DNA of 58,540 nucleotides, counting the filler, from Sphacelaria rigidula (lineage: Eukaryota): assembly GCA_964200075.2 (NCBI GenBank). It is 6 parts of 6 records of this genome, joined end to end, with 100 filler letters (N's around TTAATTAATTAA, not from the genome) between each part and the next. Parts side by side here need not be neighbours in the genome. Positions count along the whole stretch, not along the records: positions 39,095 to 48,767 come from CAXNAA020007989.1; positions 48,868 to 58,540 come from CAXNAA020007990.1; 4 more parts are not named here. One strand, 5' to 3'. This document shows, piece after piece, positions 47,190 to 58,540 of the stretch. Each line of letters begins with the position of its first letter. The stretch's first letter is position 1. The position numbers and the translations under genes were made by a program. The notes under the pieces are model-generated. The model ran no database searches. It worked only from the letters and a program-made list of their open reading frames with translations, and had not been told where the DNA came from.

Positions 47190-48767
47190 GCCCCCACCCC
47201 GAACCTCTAGACTCTCGGGTTAACGTCGAGTGGCATCGACGCTGTAAAACAAGCCACCAGATCCTAATATAAAATGTACAGACTGTCACCGTACCTGTAC
47301 CATAAATCGACACTAGACAAAAGAAAGTCCCAGACCGACAAACACAATAGACATGCAAAAACCTAAATGACCATTTTGTTTTACCCCCAGAAACACACAC
47401 AACATGGGTATAGACATGATATAAAAAAAATGTTTTTTTTGCTACCATAACACAGCCCGGACATAGACATGAAATACTGAAGCTAACCATCCTTCTTCTT
47501 TAACCTACCATATTACAACCCGGACATAGACATGAAATAGAGAAGCTAACACAGCCCAGACATAGACATGAAATAGAGAAGCTAACTCTGCTTTTTCTTT
47601 CACCTGTCAGAACACAGCCCGGGTATAGACATAAAAAAGAGAAGCTAACCCTGCTTTTTCTTTAACCTACCAGAACACAGCCCGGGTGTAGACATGTAAT
47701 GACAAAGCTAACCCTTCATTTACTCTAACCTACCAGAACACAGCCCAGATATAGACATGAAATAACGAAGCTAATCCTGCTTTTTGTTTGACCTACCATA
47801 ACACAGACTGGACATAGACATGAAATGGAGAAGCTAACATTCCTTTTTCTTTAACCTACCATGACACAGCTCGGACATGGTCATGGAATGACGAAGCTAA
47901 CCCTGCTTTTTCTTCAACCTACCAGAACGCAGCCCGGATATAGACATGGAATGACGAAGCTAATCCTGCTTTTTCTCTAACATACCAGAACAACAACCCT
48001 GATATAGACATGAAGAGAAGCTAGCCCTGCTTTTTCTTCAACCTACCACAACACAGCCCCGGATATAAACATGAAAAAGAGAAGCTAACCCTGCTTTTCC
48101 TTAAACTACAACGTACCAAAACACAGACTGGACATAGACATAGAATGACGAAGCTAACCCTGCTTTTTCTTCAACCTACTATGATACAGCCTGGACATAG
48201 ACATAAAATAGAGAAGCTAACCCTGCTTTTTCTCTAACCTACCATAACACAGCGCGGATATAGACGTGAAATAGCGAGAAAACACACATATACTTTCCCA
48301 TATCAAGACGGGAAATAACCGAGATTCTTCCACCCATATCATGACAAAGAAAAGACAAGAATATAACCAAAACCTAGACAAGTGAGTAATAGCGTCAAGG
48401 TTGACCATCTTACAAGCCAATCAAGAATACAAAATACATAACAAGTACGGATAGAGTAGGGCCATCACCCCCTTCATGTTCAATTCACATGGAGGTTGGG
48501 GTCTCGTGTTGAAATACCTGTAAAACCTTACCGGTTTCCAGCACGTGTTGCAAATCTGGTCAGTCATTTTCCCTAAATTTACGCCATTAGGTGCAAAGGG
48601 CGATCAATGAAGGGAAGGGGTGGATAATGCATTACATAAACGTCAAGACCTACCGCACTCAGGAAACAAACACTTTACCAACGGCCGACCACATGACCGA
48701 CGAGAAGGAGTACCAAGCGGTACTTAGCCTTCTTGAGATCTTGAACGATAGAAGCTGGTATAAAGTG
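47190..48767 (-). mobile_element. Second copy of the satellite-bearing element: internal region (48290-48767), satellite array (~47400-48270) and hairpin+CTAG end (~47200-47300)
   Basis: Unit gacatagacatgaaatagagaagctaaccctgctttttcttcaacctacc...aacacagcccg is the reverse complement of the 75-1000 unit. The flanks match 1135-1235 and 2580-3030. Confidence 0.9.
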
Positions 48768-51217
48768 NNNNNNNNNNNNNNNNNNNNNNNNNNNNNNNNN
48801 NNNNNNNNNNNTTAATTAATTAANNNNNNNNNNNNNNNNNNNNNNNNNNNNNNNNNNNNNNNNNNNNAAGCACACGTGGAATAAAAAAATGACTCTCTTG
48901 AAGCGAAAAATCAAAGCCACTCTCAATCGAAGATCTACTCTCAATCTCACGAAAACGTTGTTACACGTGGAATGGCGCAAAAGTTGCGTGGATACCCATT
49001 GGACGAGCGGTGAACTTTTTCCTCCCTTTTGGGGAATCAGGCCGAAGAAATCGTGGAGTTGGTGATTCGTAGTCGTGATGATTCGTCCTAACCATGAATT
49101 GTTTTCGTGTTGAAAGCGTGCGGTCGAGTCGAGTTCGCTCGTTTCTGAATCGTTCGCCCTATTTATTTTCTCAAATGGTTGACAAAATGAATGCCGTGGA
49201 CGTACCAGGTACGAGCAAATTCGATTCCACCACACGTTTTTGAGTCGAAACCAGTTCAAAAGTGGGGCCGACATGTAAATGTGCAGCACAGTTTGGTCTG
49301 TGTTGGGGGTCCCAAAAACAATAATGGCGAAGGGGTTGCGTGGTCGCGAGAAAGTGTGACATGTCGGATCGACACAGAGACGGATCTTCTGCGTCTGGGA
49401 TTATATGAGAGGTTGCGGATGAAATTAGCTGAAGAGAAAAATAGCCAACGCTCGAGAGTATTTGAAATTAGCCGAAGAGCTCGAACGTGAAGCGGTTGCA
49501 TATACGGGTCGTGTGTGAAATGTAATGGATGTAATCTGCAGAAAATAATAGGGAAATTCTACGAATCCGCCGAGAAGGGCGAGCGGGGAGTAACATTCGA
49601 AGAATAGTCAATCAACACGACTGTACAGCTGCTGTTCACGACGGCTCGTCCAAGAAATGCAACTCATCGAGAACTGCACCAAAAATAGGAATGAAGTGAT
49701 GGCTTGTCCGAGAAATGCAACGTATCGAGGTCTGCACCAAAAATTAGGAATACATTTAAATTTACCAATTTGCCGATTGATACGAGTGGGGAGTAAAAAA
49801 TGGACAAATCAGCCGATGAGCACGATTGTGAAGCGGCGGTAGACGTCGGACCGTGCGTGGAATTACGAAAAATTGCAGATGATGAGGAACGGCATGCCAA
49901 TGTCGAGTCGTCCGTCGAAATCAACGTACTAGTTTATCACATTTCCAATTGCCGATCATTGCGAACCTACAGCGGCAGGAGCCGGGTATAAAACTGTCAG
50001 ACTCGCCGATAAGCATAAACTTTTGGTATGTACAGATGGTGAGATAAACACCCACGCTTGGAATGGTGATGGCGGCGCAAAGCGGTGAGTTCTGACGAAT
50101 TAGCGTTGGCGGCGGGAGACGACCATAGTGAAATATGGCCCAAGACGGCGCACACGGCGATACAGTACGTCATTTTCATCCACACCTCAGCACTCATTCC
50201 TACCTGACATGGATTATGATTGTAATGTTACAACGGTACCGTGGAAGTATGTCTGTATCTGTGGTATTATTGGAATATTACAACGGTACCGTTGTAGTAT
50301 GTAGAGTGTAAAGCATTCACTGCGTCAGAGTGGACGCTATGTGTCAGTAACGCCGTGAAGAACTCCGATTTTTTTTTCGAGAGGATGGGACGCCAATAAT
50401 GATAAGACACGGCCTGACACGGCCTCAGGCCGTGCCTTATCGAGACGAAAAAAAACGGGAAGAGGACCAAGCGTCCAAAAGCAGCATGTTGCGAATTGCC
50501 AGGCGGATCCATGACTGCCGCCACTAGTCGAAACATGATGCTTTTTGTTCGTTCCGATAAGGCCCGGCTAGCACATTTTCATCTTCTATAAAGAAAGGGC
50601 GGTGGAATTGATTTGAACGATCACCCGCTCATTTTTCTCGAGTTGTGTAGAAGTGATTTTTTAAGCTTTCGATCGAAAAAAACCGATTGAAATCGTGAAG
50701 CGGTACTTGGTCACTTGTGTACAGTAAAGGTGGTCTATACTGTCTGCACTATTTGCATGCTGTGTGTGTGTGTGTGCGTGTTTCGTACAAAACGATGTGA
50801 AACAGAAGCGGGCAACGTGCGGCACAGACGGCTCAGGACAGTTCTCCCTCCTTACAATTCAACGTGAAGAGGACTTCGGCCACGTGCAGCTTTACACTGC
50901 CTGCACTGTCCATGAGCGTGCCCGCAATCCGCAAGTCGGCTACCCGCCTGACCACGACGCTGATCCCTACCATGAAAGATCATGCTCAAGTTTCCGCCAA
51001 CAAAAGTAACCGAAGCATACCCAACTACGGCAGTGTATTTGTCCCTGTGCTCAACTCGTGCTCCATGCTTCAGGGTTGCGATGGTAAACAGAGAATGAGT
51101 TGTGTGGCGTTTGCATGATTCTGTAAACGCGTGGTATCTGGCGTGGTGGTCTGAAAGATAAGATTCAAGTGCACCTTCGTGCCTTTCGACCGCATGTTTC
51201 GATCAGAGAAGATTGGG

Positions 51218-51696
51218 CCGCTTCTTATTCTAGACTGGAAAAAAATCTCTCTGAGAACTTGCCTTTTGAGCCTTCCATCACGGATTATTGGCGGAATACG
51301 GGCCTTGGCGGAGATGTCTTCTTCGACAAGATTGGCGATGTTTTCCACGAGGATTTTACCACACTTTTCCGATTGTTTATACGCCCAGTTTTACTCTTTA
51401 TCGGATTCTGAATTTTTTCAGTCGCCCCCAAAATCTTCCAGTTGTCGGAAAAAAGACGTACTTTTCCCCGACTACTCGCAGTTTTTCTGAGGCGACTGAA
51501 AAAATCGAGAATCCCGCCAAAAGTAAAACTGGGCGTACGAAAGATGGAACAAGCGCGCTGGAATCCTCGTGAAAAATACAGCAAATCTTTGCCAGGAGGC
51601 TCAATCCACCAAGGCCCGTATTCCGCCAATAATCCGTGATGAAGGTTCAAAAGAGCAGTTCTCAGAGAGATTGTTTTCAGGCTATAAGAAGAGGCG
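51218..51696. mobile_element. Foldback/MITE with ~200-bp inverted arms
   Basis: tcacggattattggcggaatacgggccttgg / ccaaggcccgtattccgccaataatccgtga; tacgcccagttttact / agtaaaactgggcgta; aatctctctgagaact / agttctcagagagatt. Confidence 0.92.
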
Positions 51697-52056
51697 CGCC
51701 ACTCATCATATAAAATAGTTCAAGCCAACTTGGAACAGAAATGCGGTGGACCCATTTGATCGATTTTTTTTTCACTGCACTTTTTCGGGAAAAAATGTGC
51801 TAGGACACGTCCCTATACATTTAGGCAAATTTTCACTACACGCGGGGACTAATTCAGCATAATATGGAAAATAAATATGTGCACCCGCTTCTCTGAACAC
51901 GAACCATTACACAAGGATGGGCTGCTCCCCGCCCGCATGCTGAAGCTTTCTTGTGTTGGGCAACTTTTGCTCGCCACTGATGCCCGTGTATCTGTGTCTA
52001 CACGTTCGAGGAATCATCTTCCAATGGACAGTCAGCGGACAAACATCCCGCAACAG

Positions 52057-52124
52057 GAAAATGTGTACGTTGAAATCATCGAAGTATTGGCGAAGACGTT
52101 TGTTGCTGTTGAGTTATATCGGCA
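52057..52124 (+). CDS. Tentative upstream exon of the CYRI gene (ENVYVEIIEVLAKTFVAVELYR)
   Basis: Acceptor caacAG. Resembles the CYRI N-terminal helix (E-x-x-Y-x-x-V-x-x-V-L). The donor is weak and no linking exon was found. Confidence 0.35.
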
Positions 52125-53437
52125 GTAGACCCTACCGATTGGTCGTACACAAGGGTCAGTACTTGATCTTGCGTGATTTTCGACTGAACACCGATATTTG
52201 TATCTTTGTAGGGGCTGACAGTCAGACGTGCCCCTGGCGTTAGGATTGGCGGCACCTCCATAGTACCAACCATTGCGTACGACCAATGGGTACGGCCCCC
52301 TCCTTTGGTAAGGCGTACAGTACTTTCAAGTGCGCCTCCTGTGCACATAACTCGCTTTGCCTCAAAATCGGTGCCTGCACTGATTTAAGGGTTTGCCAAC
52401 GCCACAGTTTGCCCAGGGAACACTCGGCACCCCGCTCGCCCGAGGGTCATCGGTATGCCTTGGGTTGGGGTTGTAGGTCTCGGGTTAGCGTTATCTCAAA
52501 ATCGTTTTCCAAAAGTCATTGTGCCAAGTGATAATATAACCGTAAGACCATCTCTTATGGCAGCCTCCAATCTCGATTTTTTGAGCGCCGGGGAAATAAA
52601 TTCGGAGAGTGCATTTTATGGATCCCGATTTGGACGTAATCGGTAATAAAAAAATCGGGGTGTCACGATCTCGGAATGATTTCTCTCGATTTTTTAGGGA
52701 AAAAATGAGGGAAAGCTGAGGTCCCCCCGGTATGAGGAGGTGACGTACGTGCATTGACGTACAATGGTATGCTCCGAGGCGTTTGATATTTTTTGCAACC
52801 GCAGCACAAGACAGTCTCGTGACAACGCGGAGCGTGTCTGACCGCGCCAGCTGCTGAAGCAGTTTCGCACTGGATTGGACAAGCGGATAATGAGTGTTGA
52901 CGCTGTACCCCGCGGCAATGGTGATATTTTATGCTGCACTGCGCTGCCATTTGTATCACTATAACGAACTGTACCATACTACAGTATCCTAGTCTGGTGT
53001 CGCTGTAGTTGTAGGGTGATGTATGCACTGCACTGCTGAACTTTCTCGCATACTGTTCACTGTTCTCGCAATGTCGACTGTGCTTTTATGTATCAACTCA
53101 CAGCATTATAATGTACTGTAATGATGGAGTACCCTGCACCGTATCACCCTAGAGTACGACGATACGACACTGTACTCGAAGGATGATCCACCGCCCGCCT
53201 GCCCTTCGGCGTCATGTACGAGTACGCGATACCACACTCATGCAGAAAATGACTATCTGTGTACAAAACAGTTTCACGAACACGTCAATTTTAAATCGTC
53301 TTTTTTCCATCAACGGTTTCAAAAGGGTTGATCTAGTATTTCTCCTGGAACGCAACGTAATCATTCTCACCTCTGATTTTTCTTCCCCCCCCCCCCCCCC
53401 TCCCCCCGCTTTTGTTTTCCCATTGCCCCGCCTCCAG

Positions 53438-56400
53438 TCGATGAGCGCGCCTGAAGACGAAGAGAAACAACTCGCCAGCAGTCGGGCTTTACATCCCAAT
53501 GTGCAAAGCATTCGGGCGTTCTTCGAGCTGTCGAGAGACATGGAGGAGGTGCGCTCGCTTGCACGTGCTTGTGTGTGTTGTATGAAAACAGTCCCTCGCG
53601 GACACTTGACACTTTCATGTGTAATACGAAGAACATGATCACAGGAGTGTTCGTAGAGGACCCAACACCATTCTCACGTTGGGGACACCCAGAAATGCCT
53701 CTGATACCTCGGTGACTACATGGTCCCTACTTCGAATCCTGGCGCCCATGACAACGATGAAATTATAAATCCGTTTCGGTTGAGCGTGTAGGGGTATGCG
53801 TTATCAACGGGTCTGTTTCCTGGAAGTTTCCGAATTATCCCAAGAACAAGAACAAAAAAACTCTTCGCCGAAATTGTTGAGGGAAAGCAGGTTTCATGTC
53901 CAGGTCAGGTAATGCGATATATCAATTTGAAAGACAAGGGATTTCTCCAAAATCTAGCGTCGAATTTTCTTTCAGTTTATTTTTTATTTTATTTTCTCTT
54001 ACGAAGAAGTCAGGAGGGAAAACACTTTTTTTGAAACAAGTAAAAAAAACTTGGATTAATTTGCTCCGTTAGTAAGACCCCTAACAAACGGGTGCCGAAA
54101 AATGGCGGGGGGATCAGGTGAGGATTCCGAGCTCACAAACTTACCAGCAAGAGTTACGCGGAGAAGGTCGGCCAGGTAACTTTACAGACGTGAGAAACGC
54201 GTGGAAGGAGAGGGCGACGACCCCCACCGCTGGTAGGCGTACAGTAGAGTTTACCACTCGGTAGTAAAAGACTCTCCGACTCCTAAGTAAACCTCTCACG
54301 CCGGGAGGTTGGTTCACCACTTGGTGAAAATATCATTTATGATCTCAAATTACTCAAATTTGATTTTAACCCTAGCCCTCACCCCAACGAAGGCATCCCG
54401 AGAAACCTCAGGCAACGGGGATGCAAAGGGTTCCCTGGACAAAGTGCCCGTTGCGAGACCTCCGATTCAGACGTCAACGCGTTCTGCGCACACTAAAAGC
54501 ACAGCACCCATTGAAATCCGGATTTCGGTGTCCACACTAAAACCAAGTCGGAAAGTCTTATAGCTACCAAGTGTCGAAGCCTACTGTCTCCGCACACGGC
54601 ATGATCCTGTTACGTGCGCACTTTCTTGAGGTTCGATTCTGATGTATTACGTCGAACTTGAAAGTTGAACGCCGCCTGAATTGTTCATTGCGCTACAAAG
54701 CTACGCACGAGCTAAATGTCGGGTCGCTTGTGAAACGTGTTTTGGTGTTGACGATCCATGTGTCCACGTTGCTATTTGTCGCCGCCTTGATCATCGAAAA
54801 ATAGTTTTCATCCTTGTTCATTATTATTGTACATTTTTTTTTCGGGATGCAACCAACTTCTTACGTTTGGGCGGTCGAGCAAAGGGCTGCCGACAGGAGT
54901 GGTTTGCTTCTGGCTCGAACTGCGATAAGTTCAAGAGTGCATCTCTAATGCAAGCTACCTTAGTCTCTAGCCGGAGAAGACGCTTAACCCTTAGACGACG
55001 AGAGTAGGACATATACGTTGAATCGGCATCAATTCCCGTTGAAAAAAGTAGACATGATATAGATCGACTGCCCTCGCGGTCTGAGGGTTAACCCTTTGAC
55101 CGCGAGGGTAGGCCACCTGCTGAATCGGCATCAATACTCACTTGAAAAAAGTATGGGTGATCCAGACAGAGTACCCGCACCGCGGTGTAAGGGTTGAGCA
55201 GAACGAACCCGGTAGTCAGCACCAATAGTCAGTCCATGATCTAGCTGTATCGTATTGCGCCGACAACACTCCTTCTCGAATGGAATCTCTCGGGGATTTT
55301 TGGTAGTTCTGGCCATGCCCGTTCAATTATTTTCCCGGGGACGTGTCATCAAGAGCACACAACTCAAGTTGCACTTGAGTGCGTTCAACGAGATCACCGT
55401 TTCTTGCGGCTCGTATTTTTTTGTGGCCGTATGTTCCACTTTTTGGGAACTTCGACACAGTTTTTGGCCCCCAAACGGGGTAGTATTCCGCGTGGAAATA
55501 CCTGGAGATACCTTCTTTTTTGTTGCGCTGTATTTGTGTTCAGGGGCTATTGTCAAAACCTCGGAGCCAAGCGAATCGGAATAGTGGGCTAGAGTCCTCT
55601 CGGTGAGGTGATGCAAAAGTGTGCAAGACGTGTGATGGCGATATGCCCTGTATGGGGCTCAACAATCGTGTCAAAAGGTCCCAAAAGTGGAAAATATAAC
55701 AACAACAGAAATCGAGCCGTGAGAAGAGGTCTAAACAATAGAAAGGATCACTAGCATATTTTTCATGACGACCGATTTGGGCTCGCCTGCTGCATTCTCA
55801 CATCCCGTCTCGATGTGTCCGTCTCATGAAAGCACTCCACACGCCCCAAAATCGTCGTGGTCATCCTGCAAGAACGGTAATGTTTTACCCACAACAGACT
55901 GCCTGCGTAGTGCCTGCAGTAGCAGGAGCTGGCAAGATCGTGAGATGAAAGAAAGGGTGGCTGAATCAAGTTCCTTTTCTCCGAAAGAGTGGAAAAAACG
56001 AGATGGGCGTGCAAAGAACGGGAATACTCGTGCATCGCACCGTGCTGTTTCCTGTTGGGCAGAACCACCCCCGTTTACGACACTGTACATGGATTCGATA
56101 CTCGAAATATTTTCAAAACTTTGCCTTCTTTTTTTTTGTATTGTTCGCGCTGTGCTGAGCTGAGCTGTTCCTCCTCCTGCCCCCCTCTATTTTTTCGGAT
56201 TGCGGTCGGGGTGTTCCAGACTATGCCTGTGCTGTTGATTAGATTGGCGGAGTTGGAGTCTATCGTGCAATGTCCGCTGCTGGCTTGCAAGCTGGCGCAG
56301 CTGCTCCAGGCTGTTTTAGAGTGGGACCAAACCAAGGTAACCGAAAAATTATCAGCCGGGCTCGGTTGAGATGTTTTTGATGTAAAATCGCACACCCTGG

Positions 56401-58015
56401 ACAATACAAGGTCAATAGATGCAATAGGCGAAACATGTTTTGCACCGGGTGAAGTGTAGGCCTATTGGAACTATTGTCGTCAAAAGTTGCAGTACTCTAA
56501 GCCTATATTTTTCCGAGTACATTTTTGTTCATCTCATCTATTGACCATATAATATTGTCCAGAGTGTGTAAAATTGTTGTCGCACATCCGAATTCGTGGG
56601 GGAAGTGAGACTCGGATCTACGCCGAGTATTTGTTCAGACCTGTGTTGTGCTTGTTCTTATTTTGTGTGACTCGCTAATTAAAAAAAAGCCTCTATCATT
56701 TCCTGCCATTGGAGTCTTGACGCACGATATTTTCGTATTCGTGTAGTATTTCAAAGGATGTCCCTCTTCAGGTTTTATTGCCGTTGATTTTCCCGCGATC
56801 GACGGCCCGTAGTGTTTCACCTTCATCATATGATTCATATGACGTTCATTACTGTGCTAGAAAATTGAGGGCCTGTCTTCGTCTCATCTTCGAGGTCACC
56901 CTCTAGGTTTTACTACTGTACGTCGACCAATCCAACCCTCTTTGTAGCCTCGTGAGTGTTTGACCAGTTGGCCGCCTGACGGGGGTCCGAAGCCCCATGT
57001 TGTTGACGTCCTTTAATCAATGTGCGTAGTATGATCTTCACACCCTGTGCAATGTCGTAAATTCCATTGCCAGAAAGTGTACTGCGTACAGTATCGACCA
57101 TTGCGTCTCTATTGCAATGAACCACAGATTGCATACTGTACGCAGTACGCTTCTTGACAGCGGAAATCCATTGTCAGAGTGTCATGATTCTAGTCTGGCA
57201 CAGATTCCAGACGTGGTCTGACGGTGCCGGCGTATCCCAAGGGCGTATCCGAAATGAAGTGCCGGTTCTTGACGTACAGACAGTGTGTGCTCTTGTGGGA
57301 TGGACCTGCCCACTTGTGTAGGTGCTTGTGTGGTGCACTGTCGGTGGTCGGATCATACTCGTGCTCGAAGCAAGTGGCGAGTTTTGTTTTCTCGAGCTCG
57401 AGCTCGACAGAACATGGCAAAACGGTCAATATACCGGCTTCAGTATGTCATTGTCGAGGACGCTCGTGCGTCGTTCTCTTTTAGTACAGTACACATGTGC
57501 TAGAAACGGCCTGTGCTACGGGTGATGCGGCACAACGAAGCGCTTTTCTCGGCTGGTTATGTTTGGCTCTATCAGGGAATGCTCTGCGTGCGTGCGTGCG
57601 CACGTGTGTGCTTGTTGACGAAACGGAGTGCAAAACGGGATGCAAAACGGAGTGCTGTTGTGTGATGAAATTTGAACCATCTATGTAGTTGATAATTTTG
57701 TTGAAAAAAATGAAAATTGCAGTAGGTTGTACAAGAAATGGGTTCATCACAGTTAGTGGACGCAATTTGTCGTGTATTTGTTACGATTCTTATGTCCTTA
57801 TTCCCAGTGATCAATTTCCCGAAAACGCTAAAAACACACATGCACGCGCGCACACACACACGCGCACACAGATGATGCGGCCGCAGATTCAGAACGATTT
57901 TGCGTCCTACCGACGACACCTGCACCGCATGAAAGTGGAGTGCGAAAAGGGCCTGCTGCCGCAGCTACCGGTGGCAGATACGGACGCTAACGCCATCTCA
58001 ATGTTCATCGCCGAG
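53438..58015 (+). CDS. CYRI: CYRI/FAM49 family (DUF1394) Rac-interacting protein, partial; exons 53438-53548, 56220-56336, 57872-58015
   Basis: Phase-0 GT-AG splicing gives SMSAPEDEEKQLASSRALHPNVQSIRAFFELSRDMEE/TMPVLL...LACKLAQLLQAVLEWDQTK/MMRPQIQNDFASYRRHLHRM...DANAISMFIAE. This matches the FAM49 pattern FDELKMxNPAIQNDFSYYRR...ANRMSLFYAE. Confidence 0.9.
55018..55165. mobile_element. piggyBac-like MITE ends meeting at TTAA; related end at 40228-40298
   Basis: ccctcgcggtctgagggTTAAccctttgaccgcgaggg palindrome flanked by a repeated tgaatcggcatcaat...ttgaaaaaagta. Confidence 0.55.
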
Positions 58016-58540
58016 GTACATGAACTGATCTGTAATGGATGGGCGAGGAGGAAAGGGCAAAGTAGTGCCGTTAAACGAATAATAGTGACGAACCCTTTCA
58101 TCTCTGAGACGCTTCACGCTTGAGAAATAGAAATGTTCAATCATTTTTGTGCCGTCAAGAATTACAATTGTGTAATTGCGAGGTGATTTTGATTGTATTA
58201 TCTGCGTAACTGATTTGTACAAAAAATTCCGGCTCACCCAGGATGTGTTTGTCCCTCATCCGTATCCCGAGTTTTGTGTAAGAGACGTGCATCATGCCCG
58301 AGCGGATCATGCGCCATATAGTGTATTTCGATCTTGTATTGACCTAACTTGGGCGGCAGTCACCCACACACACACATATATACACACACCTGGATTTTTT
58401 CTGTATTATCCATTTTCATGCCAAAGTAATGCTAGCGAGGTTTTTTTTCGGGGGGGGGGGGGGATATGAGGATAATGCGCAGCGCACGTCATCTAATCCT
58501 TTGCAATGAAGAGTGACTGCCGTGCTTTGCAGTCAAGGTG

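Noticed and set aside
75..48767. Giant inverted repeat bounding a ~48-kb element (satellite blocks in opposite orientation)
   Set aside because: The copies lie in different artificially joined segments, so their spacing and orientation are not meaningful.
49997..50197. Tyrosine-recombinase-like LGH motif
   Set aside because: Isolated tripeptide without the HxxR and downstream Tyr context.
52286..52307. MGTAPSF/GTAAGG as the myristoylated first exon of CYRI
   Set aside because: It overlaps the inverted end of a small MITE-like repeat (52128-52296) and lies downstream of the tentative N-terminal exon. No linking exon was found.

Overview
Eukaryotic, repeat-rich, intron-rich genomic DNA. A brown alga or other stramenopile is likely, inferred from gene structure and retroelement ends and not proven. 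The window is not one contiguous locus: five identical 100-nt spacers (N44-TTAATTAATTAA-N44) recur every 9,773-9,774 nt, so it is six ~9.67-kb segments (1-9674, 9775-19448, 19549-29221, 29322-38994, 39095-48767, 48868-58540), and synteny across spacers should not be trusted. Two spliced host genes are recognisable, both partial: an acyl-CoA-binding + ankyrin-repeat protein (ACBP/ACBD6-like, four exons, 10779-16238) and a CYRI/FAM49 (DUF1394) gene (exons 53438-58015). Mobile DNA includes a decayed chromodomain-bearing Ty3/Gypsy element with three LTRs and two nested MITEs (32608-38581), a Copia fragment, LINE fragments, several foldback/MITE elements, and a ~60-bp satellite inside a larger dispersed element ending in hairpin+CTAG. 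I found no convincing new multi-gene system. The most unusual structures are head-to-head tRNA-like palindromes centred on AGCGCT (45913-47158), the satellite-carrying Helitron-like element, and GAC...GTC MITEs with 4-bp target-site duplications.
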